Assembly: GCA_036172245.1 (NCBI GenBank)
Contig: JAYWIR010000102.1
Span: 62,001-126,000 of the forward strand
From: Raillietiella orientalis
Taxonomy: Eukaryota
Length of the DNA: 64,000 bases
Direction: 5' to 3'
Shown: positions 1 to 14,100 of the stretch, piece by piece
How the letters are laid out: the number at the start of each line of letters is the position of its first letter
Numbering within the stretch: the first letter of the stretch is position 1
Notes under the pieces: generated by a model
What the model saw: the letters and a program-made list of their open reading frames with translations, nothing else
Database searches by the model: none
What the model was told of the DNA's origin: nothing
Made by a program: the position numbers and the translations under genes

Positions 1-1820
1 TTGCCAGGTCAGGATCGAGTAATTGCGTGACTGACCCATTGGGACGCCTTTTCGAAAGGACGTCCCCCCCCCCCCCCCAGGACTCATCTTCCCGACTGTA
101 AGCAACCGATTTCGACATCACCTCGAAGGTGTTTTCGTGTAAATCCAAGGATCGTCCGTTAAAGGAAAATCGGAGCGAAAGTGAATGAAAACACACACAC
201 ACACGTAGGAGAAATAAATGCGATTCATATCGCTAATGTGGAATGAATGTGAGTTATCTTAGGAGCAGAGTCGCAGCAATCCTTTGAGAGATGGAATTCA
301 CCTCATCAGAATGATAACATGAAAGATAACGCAGCAACTGTTTGCTGGAAAACTAATGATCGTGAATGTAAGAATAGGTATTTCTCAGTCAGTTTTAGTG
401 GAATTCCTCATTCAAAAACAGCACTTTCAGTGCAAATGCACACGAAATCAAATTAGAAATTTCAGCAAATTAGAAAACTGTTATCGGTTGCGGAGAGTTG
501 GACAGCACCATTCGTGTCTGTCCCGCGACCCATTATGTGCCCATTACCAGCTTTAGAGGAACGGTCGTGGTGTCCGATGTGCAGCGTGCATGGGAAGATT
601 CGTCGGTTGATAGTGTACCCCTTATGGGGTGGCATTCATCTATTGCATCGTTCGACAGCCACGGTCAGGGGAAAACGCCATTCGCTGTGTGCTTGGGATC
701 CTTACGGACGTGGGCCGGCAGCGACGAAATTGCTGTTTGCACGGAAGAGCTGTTTGTACTTTGAATAAGAGATGAAGTGCCTATTAGGCACGGGATTTTC
801 AGGTCATAGGGCTGTTGAGAGATAAAATGAGAAATAAGGCGGTTTTCGGATCTGTGTTTCTAAATTGCGATGCAAAGCTCCCAATTTTTCTTATTATCTG
901 CGCTCATACACTTCTCGGCGCACGCGCGCGTGTTATCTCCTCCACCGCGTGGTCATTTTACATTTCTGTCTCTGCACTGAATGATTGCCTTCTCCACATG
1001 AGAAGAAGAATCTTCGGGAAGAAGTCCGCAGTCCGAAGGGTTTGCGAAAAGGACTCGCGCACCTTCCGTGCAGAGGAGAATGGGGGGCTGCCCGCACCCG
1101 AATGCCCGAACGCAGCTGTATACGTGTACTGTATGGTGGTGTTTGTTTACGTCCGGAAGACGTTTTTTCGTACTCCTTTTCGTAGGTCGTTATCGAAGCA
1201 CTCCCTGTGGCTGCAGATTTGCACCGCGTTCCGCATTGGCGAAACTCTGTCGACCATTTCTGCGAGCATTTGTGGGAGGTGCGCTCTCGTAAAGGGAAAC
1301 TGCCCGTAGTAAAATTCTGCTTCTGCTAAATTCTTGCCTTCTGCCATCAGAAAGAGCACTGCAATCTCAGTCGGTAAATCCTCGTTTTTCTCTTCCAATT
1401 TATCCCTCGATGTTGTGGCTGTGTTTCCTGTTGTCGCCAACACGTGGGCGCTCCCAGCGGTCAAAGAGCAAATAACTGCTCCCCATTTTGATTGCTCGCA
1501 TCCGTTTTTTAAAATACTGTGCGGTTGGCGCAGAAAACTCATAATTAGTGCATTTCCTAATTACGCGTGCGCGTTGCAGTGTATTTTTTTTTTTTTTTTT
1601 TCCATAAGGCCTTTTCCGATGAAATGCGCCTACATGCAAATTACCTTTAATTGCCGATCCTATTACTTTATTACCTGAGCGAATTCCGCCTGGGCGCCGG
1701 CCGAGAGGAGCCGAGCGTTTCCGATGCTGCTTTTGCCCGTCCTCGTCGGCGCGGAAGACCCGCGGAACGCCCGCCGGAGCTCGAAATTCTGTGCAGTAAG
1801 CACTTTGGACTTTGGTCTTC

Positions 1821-1828
1821 TATAAATA
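1821..1828 (+). promoter_or_regulatory. TATA box in a GC/CpG-rich patch; possible start of a small + strand spliced transcript (~1850-2350)
   Basis: TATAAATA followed by candidate donors (2038, 2213, 2352) and a long pyrimidine tract ending in AAAG at 2144. Confidence 0.35.
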
Positions 1829-2065
1829 GCGAAGTCCTGCGCGGGTCAAGCGCTGCGGTGGCCTTTCGGTGTCACAGCGAGTTTGCTCGACTTTCCCGTG
1901 GAGCGTCCGAATGCTTCGAAACCGCCGATCCACGCGCATTTGTGGTTTGCGTTGGGTGGTGGCACGGCGGGCAGCGTTTGCTTGCGAGCAGCTCCATCCC
2001 GAAACGGCGGCGGCTTCCATCTCGAGTCGATCAGATGGTGCAAGTCACTGGATGTTGGCGCGGTT

Positions 2066-2140
2066 TATCTTTCCTTTCCCTTCCTTTTTCTTTTCTTTCT
2101 TTCTTTCCTTTTTTCTCTTTCTTTCTTTCTTTCTTTCTTC
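2066..2140. repeat. Pyrimidine-only (TTTC)n-like tract
   Basis: Direct reading; ends at a candidate splice acceptor. Confidence 0.85.
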
Positions 2141-5100
2141 AAAGTCTCCGTGGACCACGTTGGATGAACGCGTTTGTGACGTTCTTCAAGTGCGGCGGCA
2201 GCAGCCGACGAGGTCTGGGATCCCAATCGAGGGAGCGCTCCTCGTAAGCGTTAAATGGCTTTCAATCGAGGTTTTCGAAGACACCGAATCGCAACTGTAC
2301 GCAAGCAGCAGCCCGCTGCAGCAGTCTCGAGGCGATGACTACAGCAGCAAGGTGTAAGAATACTTAAGTGGAACATGAGATTCCGAGCTTGGGTTTTACT
2401 AGTCAGGGCGTTCTAGAATTTCATTGTAATGTAAGGTTGTTGATGTAGAGCCCCAAATGAGTCTTGGCGATCACTGATGATATTTTTCTCGAGAAAGACG
2501 GAACGAAGCGCGGGTGCCTTTTCTTTTCTTTTCTTTTTTTTTTTTTGAGCTTATGCATTCCCGTAATCTTGATGTAATGTTTTTGTGAGCTTTTCGTGAG
2601 CCATTTCAGTAGAGTTTCCTGACCTATTCGCAAGTTGTATCTGTTGCATTTCCCACATTGGGGATAGGAAATATTTTGTAAATGTGACGTTTGTACGCAT
2701 CCGGGGTCATCCACGACACGTGTGGAGAGGTGTTGCGTGCAAAGAGTTCCGTACAGATCATAGTAAACTCGTGAGTGGTATCTGAAAAATGCTGCTGACA
2801 CGTGGATGGAGGCAGCGCCCTGCATCGCAACGGCGGCTCAGTTCGGAAACCGAACGGTTGACGATTCGTTTGCTCAGAGATGTGAAAAGCGGCGGAGCAG
2901 CCCTTTTTTAAAGGTTTCGAAATTCGATGGGTGTTAGCAAAAGCAGCGTCGAGCCACATCATGAATAAATAGCAACGGGAATTATGGATTCCTTCCGTCT
3001 GTGCTGGGCGAAAACTCGAAAGAAGCTGATCGAAAGAAGAGCACATGCCATACCTTTGAGACGACTCGGAGAAAGTTGCCAGTGTGCAGATTCGCGTGCC
3101 AGCATCAAGGCGTTCTTCCCGCAGCCTCTCAGTCTGACTGCGTCCAGATCATCTTGTTTTCCTCGAAATGGCTACGGCATGGCGGAGACGCGCTGGCGAT
3201 GAGGCGTTATCACTCGGTGCTCGTCGAGAAAAGCTTCTTTCGTATGTTTTCTCGCGTCTTCTTTCTCTCTTCTGCGAGCCTAAAGCATCTCTAAAGTTCA
3301 TTTTCCATCGATGTGGCCATCACGAAATGATTACTTAGCGATCTGAGGCCAAAGTGGGTCGAGATTACGAGGTCTGAATTGGAGACTGACCCTGGAAAAC
3401 GTGCGCGCCCCATCGACTTGTTGCTGACATTCACGACTTTCTATGCTCGGAAATTCCAAATTTCAATAGGAGTGCAGCGTTGCGGTAGCCATCTTACGCG
3501 AACACGAAAAAATGCGTATCCCTGGCAGTTGGCTGTTTAGAAACACGTTGAAAGTGTCTTCATGCTGAACAACTCTGAACGAATTCTCTGCGAGTTCTTC
3601 GGAGAATGCGAAACGAAATGCGAAAGTCCGCGAGCAGCAGGCAGAATAGTCGAGACGGACATCAAAAGGAAGCGTAAGGCAGGGAAGAGAGGTTGGGAGC
3701 TGGAAAAAAAAAAAGGGGGGGGGGGGGAACACGAAAGCACATTCGAATCGAGCGAGTACGAATTTGTACGACGGGCGTGAAAACGGAGCAACCGTACACA
3801 CCGAGAGAACCGCGCGGTTGTTCCGAACAGTGTTCCTCTCTTTTGTTCGCGGCGCTCCCCTATGTCTCGCGTTATGGGCGAAGCGACCGATGCTGAAGCA
3901 ACGCATTTCAAAGCAGAAATGTGCACGCTGAGGAAAGGTGCAAACACCTTGAGAATCCGGGAGCCACGGGTGTCGACGAATCCACGACCAAGACTGTCGA
4001 AGAGAGCAAAGATCGTTCAGAGAATCGTTGGGTGAGGGCTGCAACACAATAGCAGCGAAGGTTTCGTGAGCAGAGACCGTGGTTTGCGCGTAGGGTCGGT
4101 CTGCACGGGAGCGTGGAGGGGGAGGGAAAAAGGGAGAGGAACGATTCGAAGGAGTTGTTTTACTGGTAGATGGTGGACAGCGACTCCGCGGACGAAAAGT
4201 CCTTTCGGAAACACCAAGGAGAAACGTGAGGATCCGATTGTCCGGCGGGAAAGTGGAGAACATTCTCGTCTTGAACGAAACAACCGGAACCACGAGCTGA
4301 AGGTGAAACTCGGCTTCCCGCAGACCGCTGGCTAGTCAGGATCAAGTACGATCCGTATCTCGCCGCCGGAGATAAGCATTGGGGTGCGCGGTGAACGTTT
4401 ATTCATAAAGGCTGACCGTCGACGAGTCGGAATCGCGACGGCACGAACCGTGGATGGGATGTCCAAGCGAATAGGGCAATAAGAAAAGCTGCCTTGACCG
4501 AGGGGCGAGTGCGTCCGACGGAATAACGAAGCGCAAGCGTGGCAGTGACACGGTCTCAGTGACCACCGCGAACTTCTTCGTCGTTGGTTTCGGTCGTTTT
4601 TTCCGCCGTTGCGCACCGTTGTGATGTCAAAAAAGAAAAAAAAAAGAAAAAGCACGACGAGCGTCGACTGCGGTCATGTAACCAACTCTTCCCTACGCCT
4701 TTTCTGGTCGACTCAAAGTCGTGTGGTCTCCATAATGAATTTAGTGCAGTGCTCGTGCCCTCTGTCCGCCTGCAGCTCGAGTGAATTCTTCCCCCAACAT
4801 GCTCGCCGCGTGCTCGTCAAGGCGGTCTTCTTGCGGCAGCGCCGGTGTTTTCCTACGATTGAACCATTCCCAGACGTCCAGCTTGTTTTACTCGGAAGGT
4901 TACCTACGAAAAAGGAATCCGTGCGCAGCCGTCCCATGTGTTTTCGTCTGCATCATTCCCGTGACACTCGTTAGTCTCTGCGAAAGGTTTCCACCGGAGA
5001 AAACTTCATAACTTTTCCCTCTTCCGCCCTGACCGTTATTTTGATCTTCGTGTTCGTCGCCCTTTATTGTGAATCGCCAACCGGATCACTGCCCGAAGAA

Positions 5101-8100
5101 TCCTCTGCTTCGAAAGACAAAAAGACTGTGCTGCTCTTTGTTCCTCCAGCAAAGGTTTCCTCGCCGTGTTGTTGTTTTGCCGAAGAGGAATTACACGTAT
5201 CGCCGTGTTTGTGTGTGCTCTTTTCATTTTTTAAGGAAGCTGCCTTCCGTAAAAAGTGAGATATCACACTTTCACGCCCAGTTCCTCCGGGAACCGCATC
5301 TTGCGTGCCTCCGTGTTCTTGCACCTCTGTGTACGTGTTTTGCTTTTATCGGGCGAGCCTTGGAATCCCAAGTAAATAATAAAACGCTAGCGAGGGATCG
5401 GTGTTCAGAAACGAGCGACCAAGGTGTTCCTGGTGAAGGAATCGGAATCGCAGGTTCCGTGTTCCCTTGATCCTCAGCTTGGTCTCCGTGCTTTCGGCTT
5501 CGAGTAGCAACGGTGGCATTTCCCCATGATTGAGTACTTTCTGTGAACGTCTCGGGCATCTTCTTCCGCGAATCCTGGAATATAATAAGGGAAAGTTGCG
5601 ACGGGAAAGTGAGGTGGTTTTTGAGCGCAAAGTTCAAGTGCTGAATTTATGAGCGCGTCTTCATTTTCGGATGGCGCTCTTCCTTCTTGCTTTCATAGCC
5701 CGGAAAATCAGCACTTCGTTAAAAACGTAGTTGCCCGAGCAACTGAAACCCACATCCTAAGCAGTTTTTTTCTAGAATGCTGGGAATCGGAAGACTGGCG
5801 CTCTTGCTGACATTTAGTCGGGAAAAGTTAGTTTTAACGTAGTTCAAATGCTGCGTTGCGGAGTAGTATGAAGAATTCCAGCAGTACGTGTGGAAGTGAG
5901 GTGCACGTTGCTTCCTAAACTTTCTTGGCGGTTTTCATCCGAATCGACCTGCACTGCGAGCAGCCGCAGCGATCTCCTCGAAAGTGAAATCATTAAGGAC
6001 CGATTACTCGTTTGAGCTCTCGGTAAGGAGCACTGAGTGTCTGTACAGTTTCTGTTTGTGCAGCAGAACTCTCTTCCCCTTTTCAATCAGTAATGCAATC
6101 TGTTGTTCCCTTGCCAACACAAGAAAACTCTTTCGAGTGAAAGATCCACAGAAAGTTTCCCGGTCTGTGGTGCTCGACTTGCTTTCCGTCTTTTGGGAGG
6201 CGTGCGTCCTTGGTTCGTCTTCAGGTCCAAACTGCAGAATAGGTTTTTGCCAGCATACTGTGCCGTCAGAACGTGCCTCGTTCCCTTTTGCACGTCGGTT
6301 TCATCTGAGGGCTTCCCCCTTTTCAAAGGGGAAAGTCCTCAGTTGCACGTTGGTTGCAAGGGCACGTTTGCAGCGCACGCAGCCTCTTGGGTCTTGGCAT
6401 TTGTATGCACCATCCGTACATTCTTCTTCCGTTCGCATACCAGTGGCAGATGGAAGAAGGTTCATCTTAAATCTGAGGGTTCACTTCTGCATTTGCCGAG
6501 CGCAGCACATGCGAACCGAACGTCTTCTGTATTTTATGGTTGCAGTAACTACCGCGCTTTATGGTGCCTGGTCATATACCTGGGCAGCAGATGGTTTCTG
6601 TTGCGTTCTTTGCAAATGGAAAAGAGTATATGGACCATTTCGGAAAGCCCAGCACGGAAAGGTTCATGACCTACCTTGGCCGCTTCCTTCGGAACGTCGT
6701 ATTCATGTCGCCATGGTCCCTCGATTCTCTTCGTTGTCATTCATGCTGAAAAGACTCCCTCCATCCCTTTACCCCCTTTTTCGTTTCTTTTGTCTCTGAA
6801 CACACTGTCGTGTGCCTCGCTGCGATGACCCCCGGAGCGAACCTCGTTGCGGAAATCGGTTCTTCGGGAGAGGGGAGCGGTGGACGGGTGGGTTTCGATT
6901 CTCCATGCCGGTGGAGTGACAAGCAGTGCGTCTCCCTGTGCTCCCGGTGCACGCCCCGCGATGCAGCTCATCCAAAACTCCAAGCACTACCACCTGCCAC
7001 ACGTTAGGCGGAGTTTCCGAGACGTGGCTTGCGGACGTTTGGAGTCGCGAATTTGGAAGGAAGTCGCGCGTTCCGCCTCGGCCGGTGCACGTCCTGCGGC
7101 GGTGCTCGGCGTCCCAGATTCGGGCACTCCGCATGCAGGAAGGTTTGAACATCGGAAGCGTCATTTTCCATGCCGACGACCACGGTGTCCCAGTGTGAAG
7201 TGCACCACCATGTGAGGCGTGTTCACGCGGTTGCTCCCATGCGCCAGGTTTTCCGTGTTGTTCCTCCACAAATCGTAGCTTCCAGGATTTGTCTTGCGGC
7301 AGTGCAGATGTGCCAGCAAACAACCTGTACAGGAGATTTCACTTTCGCCGATATTTTGTCGAAGAATCCCTTACACCTTAATGAAATGTTTGTTCTTCTG
7401 GTCTTTTTCGTGTCCGACGGGTTGGAGAAACGCACCGCAGGAGCGGATTTCCCCGAGCATTCCCTACGGATTTTCGTGACCCACTGCGAGGCTTCGAAAT
7501 ATGTGCCTGCGTGGGTCCAAACGTGGATCGCAAAAGTCTGTGTACACGCCGTTGGAAATTTCTTTCGACTTGTGGAAAATTTAGGTGGACAGTATAGGTG
7601 GAAGGTTTCGATTCGCTATACATTTTGATCCTGGCGGTTCCCGTTTTGTTTTCTAATGGCACCAACGGAAGACGTGGACAAATGCTGGGAGCACCTTCTG
7701 TTTTTGCACACCTTCAGGTGCGCCGCGGTAGTCACCCACCCGCACGGGAATCACGAAAATTGGAAAGAAGAAAAGTTTGGTTCGAGAAAAATTCCTGTGA
7801 AATTGGAGGGTAAAACAAATAAAGTGGGATCTCCGTAAGGATGATTGGATGTGCTGTTGTTTTGTGCTGCCGATCCTTCCGAACGTGCTTGAAGCCACTG
7901 GCGATCGTGGACAACGAAAGTGCCATCGATCGAACAAAGACAGTCCACCAATTTCTCGCAAGGAGAGACTCGCAAAACAAATCTTTCGTCTCTATTTTGA
8001 GCAGAAGGAAGTAATCCATAAGAGGTTGTCCGCTCTCCTTGAAAATTGAGTGTGCGGTTCCTACGCGTAAATTTACACCAACATGAAAACACCCACACGC

Positions 8101-11100
8101 AAATGAAATGATGTTTTCCGTTTACATTCATAATTTCTGTCTTTTCAGCATACTCCTTATATCCAAGCGCAGCAATTCGTGTTCTTTTTGCTTTGGCGGA
8201 CTCAAACGTGCTTGGGTGCGCTTAGATCCTTGATCCACTTAATGACTGCCGTTTCTTTTGAACCCCCGTATGAAGCATTTTGATTTTCCCAATCACGAGC
8301 AATTATAGAGATGCAGAAGATGTACGAATGCGTTTGGAACCTCGCATTTTTCTGGCTGAACGACGCGCGGAGAAGTTTGGGGGGAGGGGAGGGATGCTGC
8401 GAGTCCGATTCCTCTGTTTCGTTCGATTTTGTAGTCTCGTCGATGGTCCTCGTTTCGCACAGGTTTCATTAGTTGTCTTACATTGGAAGTGAGATGAACT
8501 TGTAGAGATCAACGACCGTGCTATTATAAGATGCAGGTAGCAATCCTCCCTCCCCCCCCCTCCACCCAAAAAAAAAAAAAAAAAAACGGGATCAGGATCC
8601 GAGTGTAATGTTTACCTAAATGTTTACCACGTTCTCTCTGCAGGAAAGCATAGTTGGGAAACGAGAAGACGGTGGAAAACCTTTTGGCTTATTCATTATT
8701 TTGTCTTTGAAACGAGTAATCGAGAAGGGAAACTTGCGCGTTCCTCTTGCTCTTGAATAGTTCTCTACGGATTAAGCAGCAGCGCTGTACGACGGATGCT
8801 GCAAGCCTGGTTTCTTAATCAGGTGATGCAGACGAGCTGTCAGCCACTTTGACGGTGCTAACTGTATAATATGTCCGTCCTTCTTTCGACCTCAAGAATG
8901 ATGTTCTTCTGTACGGTATTCCATTAAGAGCAGTGTTTCGCCCTTGATCACAGCAGCGGCTGTAATCGGCTCGATTCTTCAATCTGTTGATGCTTCGTTG
9001 GTATGTGTGCACGAGGCAGAGTGAACGAACACTTTGGAGACGGAACACCCGCGGCCACTGCAGCAGAGCCGGCCTCGGTCCTCTCGTGTTTCACTTTACA
9101 TGCCGAGGCGTGTTCGGACAGAAGAGTGGTTGGCCCCTTGGCGCTGACACCACGAGTTCAAACCGGTAAGCCGGGAGTTTCGATCCCGTGGAAACTCCCG
9201 TTAGAGTATTCCCGTCTGCTGGCGAACTCCATCACAACTTGTTGATGGAGTTCACCGGGATGTTCCTTGCCAAAGAAGCATTTCCCAACGTATTCGTAGT
9301 GATTGTTTTGGTAGGAAACCTCGAAAGGTTCGCTTCAAAGCGTCTCATTTCCCCCGCAATGGTTCCTTTGTTCTGTCTCCATATCCCATTCTCACCCAAG
9401 TACGTGTTTCAGTGTTAATATGCGTCTCTTCTTCTCTCGGTCGTGAAGTTTTCGTTTCTTTTTCCAGCGTTCCGTGACTCCAGAGGTTTGGAAACAAACG
9501 GCCGAGGTTGCGGATCGGTTTTGCGACTGTAGGTCGGGACAAATCGTCGTTTTTCAGGATACGTCTTTGAAGCTGATGACGCGTAGATTTGAATTCTGAA
9601 GAGAACCCATCTCGTTGTGTGGTGCGCTGCAACTTGGCGCAAAGGCGGCTTAGTTCCGAATGCAGGAAACATTCTTCCTGCTTACAGGGATCCTTTCAGG
9701 CCAGAGCACTTCTTTTCAGTACTTGTAATGCGTGCACTGCAAGGGACTCATTGGGAAGGTGCAGAAATCGTAAAGCATCGTAACCGAAGCAGCTCTGAGG
9801 GTGTTCAGCTCGTTCTGGAGAACGGAGGCGGCCGCGATGCTGACGGCTGAATCACAGCGAGCGAATAGAAATGAAATTGAAAACCAACCAAGGAGATCGC
9901 AATTCGAAAATTAGATGCTGTTTGGGCGGGTGGTGGATTCAGTATCTTCCAGGAATAGAATGAAATGCAGGAGAAACGTTGGGCACAAAATATTGTGAAA
10001 ATTTATTTCCACTTTCATTGGACTTGGAGCACGAATTCCTAAACCACATGTAAATGCGGGGGAGTGAATCCACCACCCGAAAATCGTGGTCGTCGATTCT
10101 GTTGGAAAAGCAAGAAAGTGGATAACTGAGATGGTTTTTCGAGGAAGAGCTCCCGGTGAAAGCTGGAAGACTGAGGTACTTGCGAGGAGTGTCGGAGCCG
10201 AGGAGGCGCGAAGCCTCGGAAAGAGGACGGAGGCAGCCTCGAACCGTGGATTTACCGCTAACGGGTTCCGATTTGCATTCCATTCCTGGAAATTCTCGAG
10301 TCATCTTCCAAGGGAAGGGAAAGGGTTCCGTGCGAAAGAGCACTGGTTCGCGGCGCATAATTGTGAGAAAAGGCTGAAATGAGACGGAAAGACTGTTGAG
10401 AATGCGGAACATGGAGAAAGCTGTGAGAATCCAAACTATTCTTTTTGTGAAACACCAGTTCGTCCTCGGACCTTCCATGTCTCGTGCCTTCGAAAAAAGC
10501 CGCTTTTCTCGTTAATCGAGTCGCATTCGTGTAGTTTGTGATTGGTAATGGGTAATTTGCATTCGCATCTTAAAAAGTACCGATGGACTTGAATGAATAG
10601 GGCATTCATTTCGTCGATCCGGACTTTGTGTCGTCGAAAATTTGATTCGAATGTGTGAATTGCATCGTAGGAGCGCATTCTTCCTGCGTTCACACATGCA
10701 CACGATCGACAGACAATGATGGAAACGAAATCAGTGGAATAGTTTTGACGTTTAGACCACGACCAGACGGTCGGATGATGATTCAAGACTGTTGCGGGTG
10801 TCGATGGAAACACAGAATCCAGCAGAGTGCATCCAGAAATCCCACCAAACGTAAGAAAAGCAGCCGACCATCGAAGCTTCAGCTGCAAGGAATTTCGTGC
10901 ACGTTGGGAAGCGGAAATTCGTAATGCTTTTTTCGCACTCGCTCCACGCTGTGGTCAATCCATGTGGCACCGCAGATGAGCAGAATGCCGTCGGCACTGC
11001 CCGAACCGGGATAAAATCCATGGCATGAGCTCTTCGGTGTTTATGCCTTTACACCGTCACGTCGTCCTGTACACCATCCAAGTATTTGTCGATAGTGGTA

Positions 11101-14100
11101 CTTTCGCGTGCTGTAAAAAAAAGTCTTACCATCTCTACATTTTCCAATATGTAATGAAAAGCAACGCCGAATAAAGGCGACGGAGGAGATTGAAACTCGA
11201 ATGAAGGAGATGCAAAAGCATATCGTTTGTATTGTTATGTCTTTTAGCATTAGAAAGGATCTTGTAGAAGGCCCGAGCTCCCATATCGGTGCGATGGTGC
11301 TGCAGAAAAGAATAACGGACACAAAGCCCCGAGTGAGAAAAGGGCACAAGAAAAGAATGCCAGGCGCGATGAGAAGACGCACAAAGACAAATGCAATAAA
11401 TTCCCAGCTAGCTTTCTGTATTTGTGATCTAATAAAAGTGTCTCAGTAATTGTATGAAGAATCCATTAAACGTGGCTGCGTTCTTATGAAAGGTGGCTAT
11501 CCATAACGTGCGATGCGTGGTGCACAGTGCAGAGAACCCTCCGCAAAAAAAAAAAAAAACAAAAAACAAAAAAAGGAAAAACGACTCAGTAAATTGGATA
11601 AGTGTACATTTGAAAAGTAGATTTGTGTTGATTTTTCGGATATGAGAGAATCAGAAATCCATCCAAGCCATCACTGAACTTTGGCCTAATGGATCCTTCT
11701 GGTGAATTGTTTCTGCGGAAAGCATTACTGGGAATGCTGTTCAAGCTGGAAAACAAAAAGGGTTTGGTCTTTCCTTTGTCTTCCGTTGGTTTGATCCTTC
11801 GAGATCACGCAAAACACCCCAGCTTCGGAGGATGTTCGGGGCGACGCCACGCACATTTTAGCATCATCTCCTCGCAAGGTGGAGAGCAACACCATCGTTT
11901 CATCTCAGCGATGATGTCGGTCGATGGGTGTCGATGCTGATACGAGGGCTCCGTCTGATCATCTGAGCATGTGGCGTATTATCGTCTAGAATGACTTCCT
12001 ATCACTAATTGCGTTTTCACGGAAAGATCTTAAGGTCAACTGGAATGAGAAAAGGATTGATAATTGTTTTCTTGTTTTCCCAACAAGCACGTATTTGGAA
12101 TGTACCCTCATAAAATCACCTAAAATGCTCGCGGCCAAGTGTCAAAACGGCGCCTTTCCGCCCTGTTTCCTGTCCAGACATACTGCTGATTACTTGTTGC
12201 AGTTTTACGATGTACAAAGTGAATTCCTTTCGTGACATAACTGCATTTTTTTTTTTTTTTTTTTTTTTTTTTGCCACAAACCTATTTGCACATGTTCTAA
12301 ATATTTAACAGAAACTCCACGGTATGTTCCGTTCCTCCGTTTCGTTTTTGCAACGGTGGGTCTTTCGGTTTCCGCCCAGCTTTGGGAAAACTCTTTTTCG
12401 ATGGTGAAAACACGGCGCTTTGCAGCGTCCCCCGAGCACCATCCCGGTGGGATCTCGGATGGACCGCGCACCCTGCGTTCACGGAAAATGGCAGCGCGGC
12501 GGCCTGTGGCCAGTTCACGCACAAGTCCGCTTTGGACGATTTGCAGATTATGTGAACCCTTTGGTACCCTTTGTTTCGTTTCACAGTAAAGAAGAAGTTA
12601 TCCGCAGCCTCGGTCCTGCGAACCAATGCACAACCAGTGCTTTTCTTCTGGTACTTCTCCGCGAAAACGTGCTCTTAGGTGAGTGAAACGAAGTGTATCT
12701 GACCTGTCAGTCCCTCCGTATTGCGTGAGTGTTTTGGTTGCACAGGAGATGCATAGCCATCACATAAATGCATGCTTGCTTGCTTGTGTGTGTGCACGGT
12801 CATAAGTTTGGATAGGAGGAAACTGCAGGAAAGGCATCTTAACGTGTTCTGTTATTTCCTAGCCAAAGCAGGGAGCCTGGAACATTGCAAAGGAGCCGTC
12901 CTGCAAGTGGGGCCATTCCCGGTTTGTGAAAACGATTTCGCGGAGCGGTAGAGTGGACCGTGTCTCTCATCGATCAAATGGCAAAAATGTTCAACGGGAT
13001 AGCTCACGCGCACACATCCTTGGCATTCCTTTCTCGATTAATGATCCCACGTCGCCTCGTTCGCGAATTCCAATCCATCGTCGTTCTTGACCAGACGAGA
13101 AGTTTTCGATTTTTATCTCGATCGGATGGGATACTTTTTCCTTTGTGCTCTTAAGAATCCAAGCAGATTCACGGCCTCCCGAATAAAGAGCCGAATCTGT
13201 CTCTTGAAAGGAAGTGTTTATTCAACTATTTCATCTCAGAATCCGCAGGGGCGTATTCCTCTTCGGGCAGACTCTCTCTGCCTCGATTTTGTTATTTTTT
13301 GTCTTTCCTTTTTGTGTGTCTGTGCGTGTGTTTCCTGATGCACCTCGGAACGGCAGCGGCCGCCAATCCGATCTCTCTGGGAATGTCGAAAGTCATATGG
13401 ATTTACAATAGCTCGATCTTGAAACATAGTCGGAGAAATACACAGGATTGAGAACAGTTATCTCGATCTCGATCTGTCCTTCAGTCGAGGACTTGACGGC
13501 ATCTCGTCTAAAGAACAGTCTCACCAGTATGGATTCCTCGAAAATGATCCTCAATAGCGGATCGTTCTCGCAATAACCTTTCAGCTTCGGACTCGTACCC
13601 AAACCAATGGCATTTTGCTCTCGTGCCGAAAAGATGAGCAATGAGCAATGCTGTCCAGATTGTGATTGGGATGCAACGGTGGATGCATCAACACGAAGTT
13701 TTGGCTCGGTTGCGGGAAGGCACATGGACGGGCAGTTGGATTCATTCTTGCTTTTTGTTCCGTCCACCCCCACTCCACCGCCCCATATTGAAAAGCACAG
13801 TGGAAACCGTCGCAGAAAATCCTTTCGCGGTGGTGAATTCCTAATGCTTCACGAGATCGCAAGAGTTTTAAGGAAACTCCAGTTGGTTTCCTTCGTGCAA
13901 GTGATGTTCCTCTACTCCACCAGAGTCCAGGAATGATATCGAAGACGCCTCCATTCCGTGGGCTGTACGAAGGCGAAAGTACCAGATGATGGGTCAACGA
14001 AGTAGAAAGATTTGTTTCCCCCCCCCAGAAAATGGTAAACAAATCCTGAACACTCAGGATGCAGTTTCGTCAAGTGATGCTGGGTGAATCTCTCTTTACA

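Noticed and set aside
11901..11970. Possible C/D-box snoRNA (ATGATGT...CTGA x3)
   Set aside because: C box imperfect, no clean terminal stem, no recognisable rRNA guide
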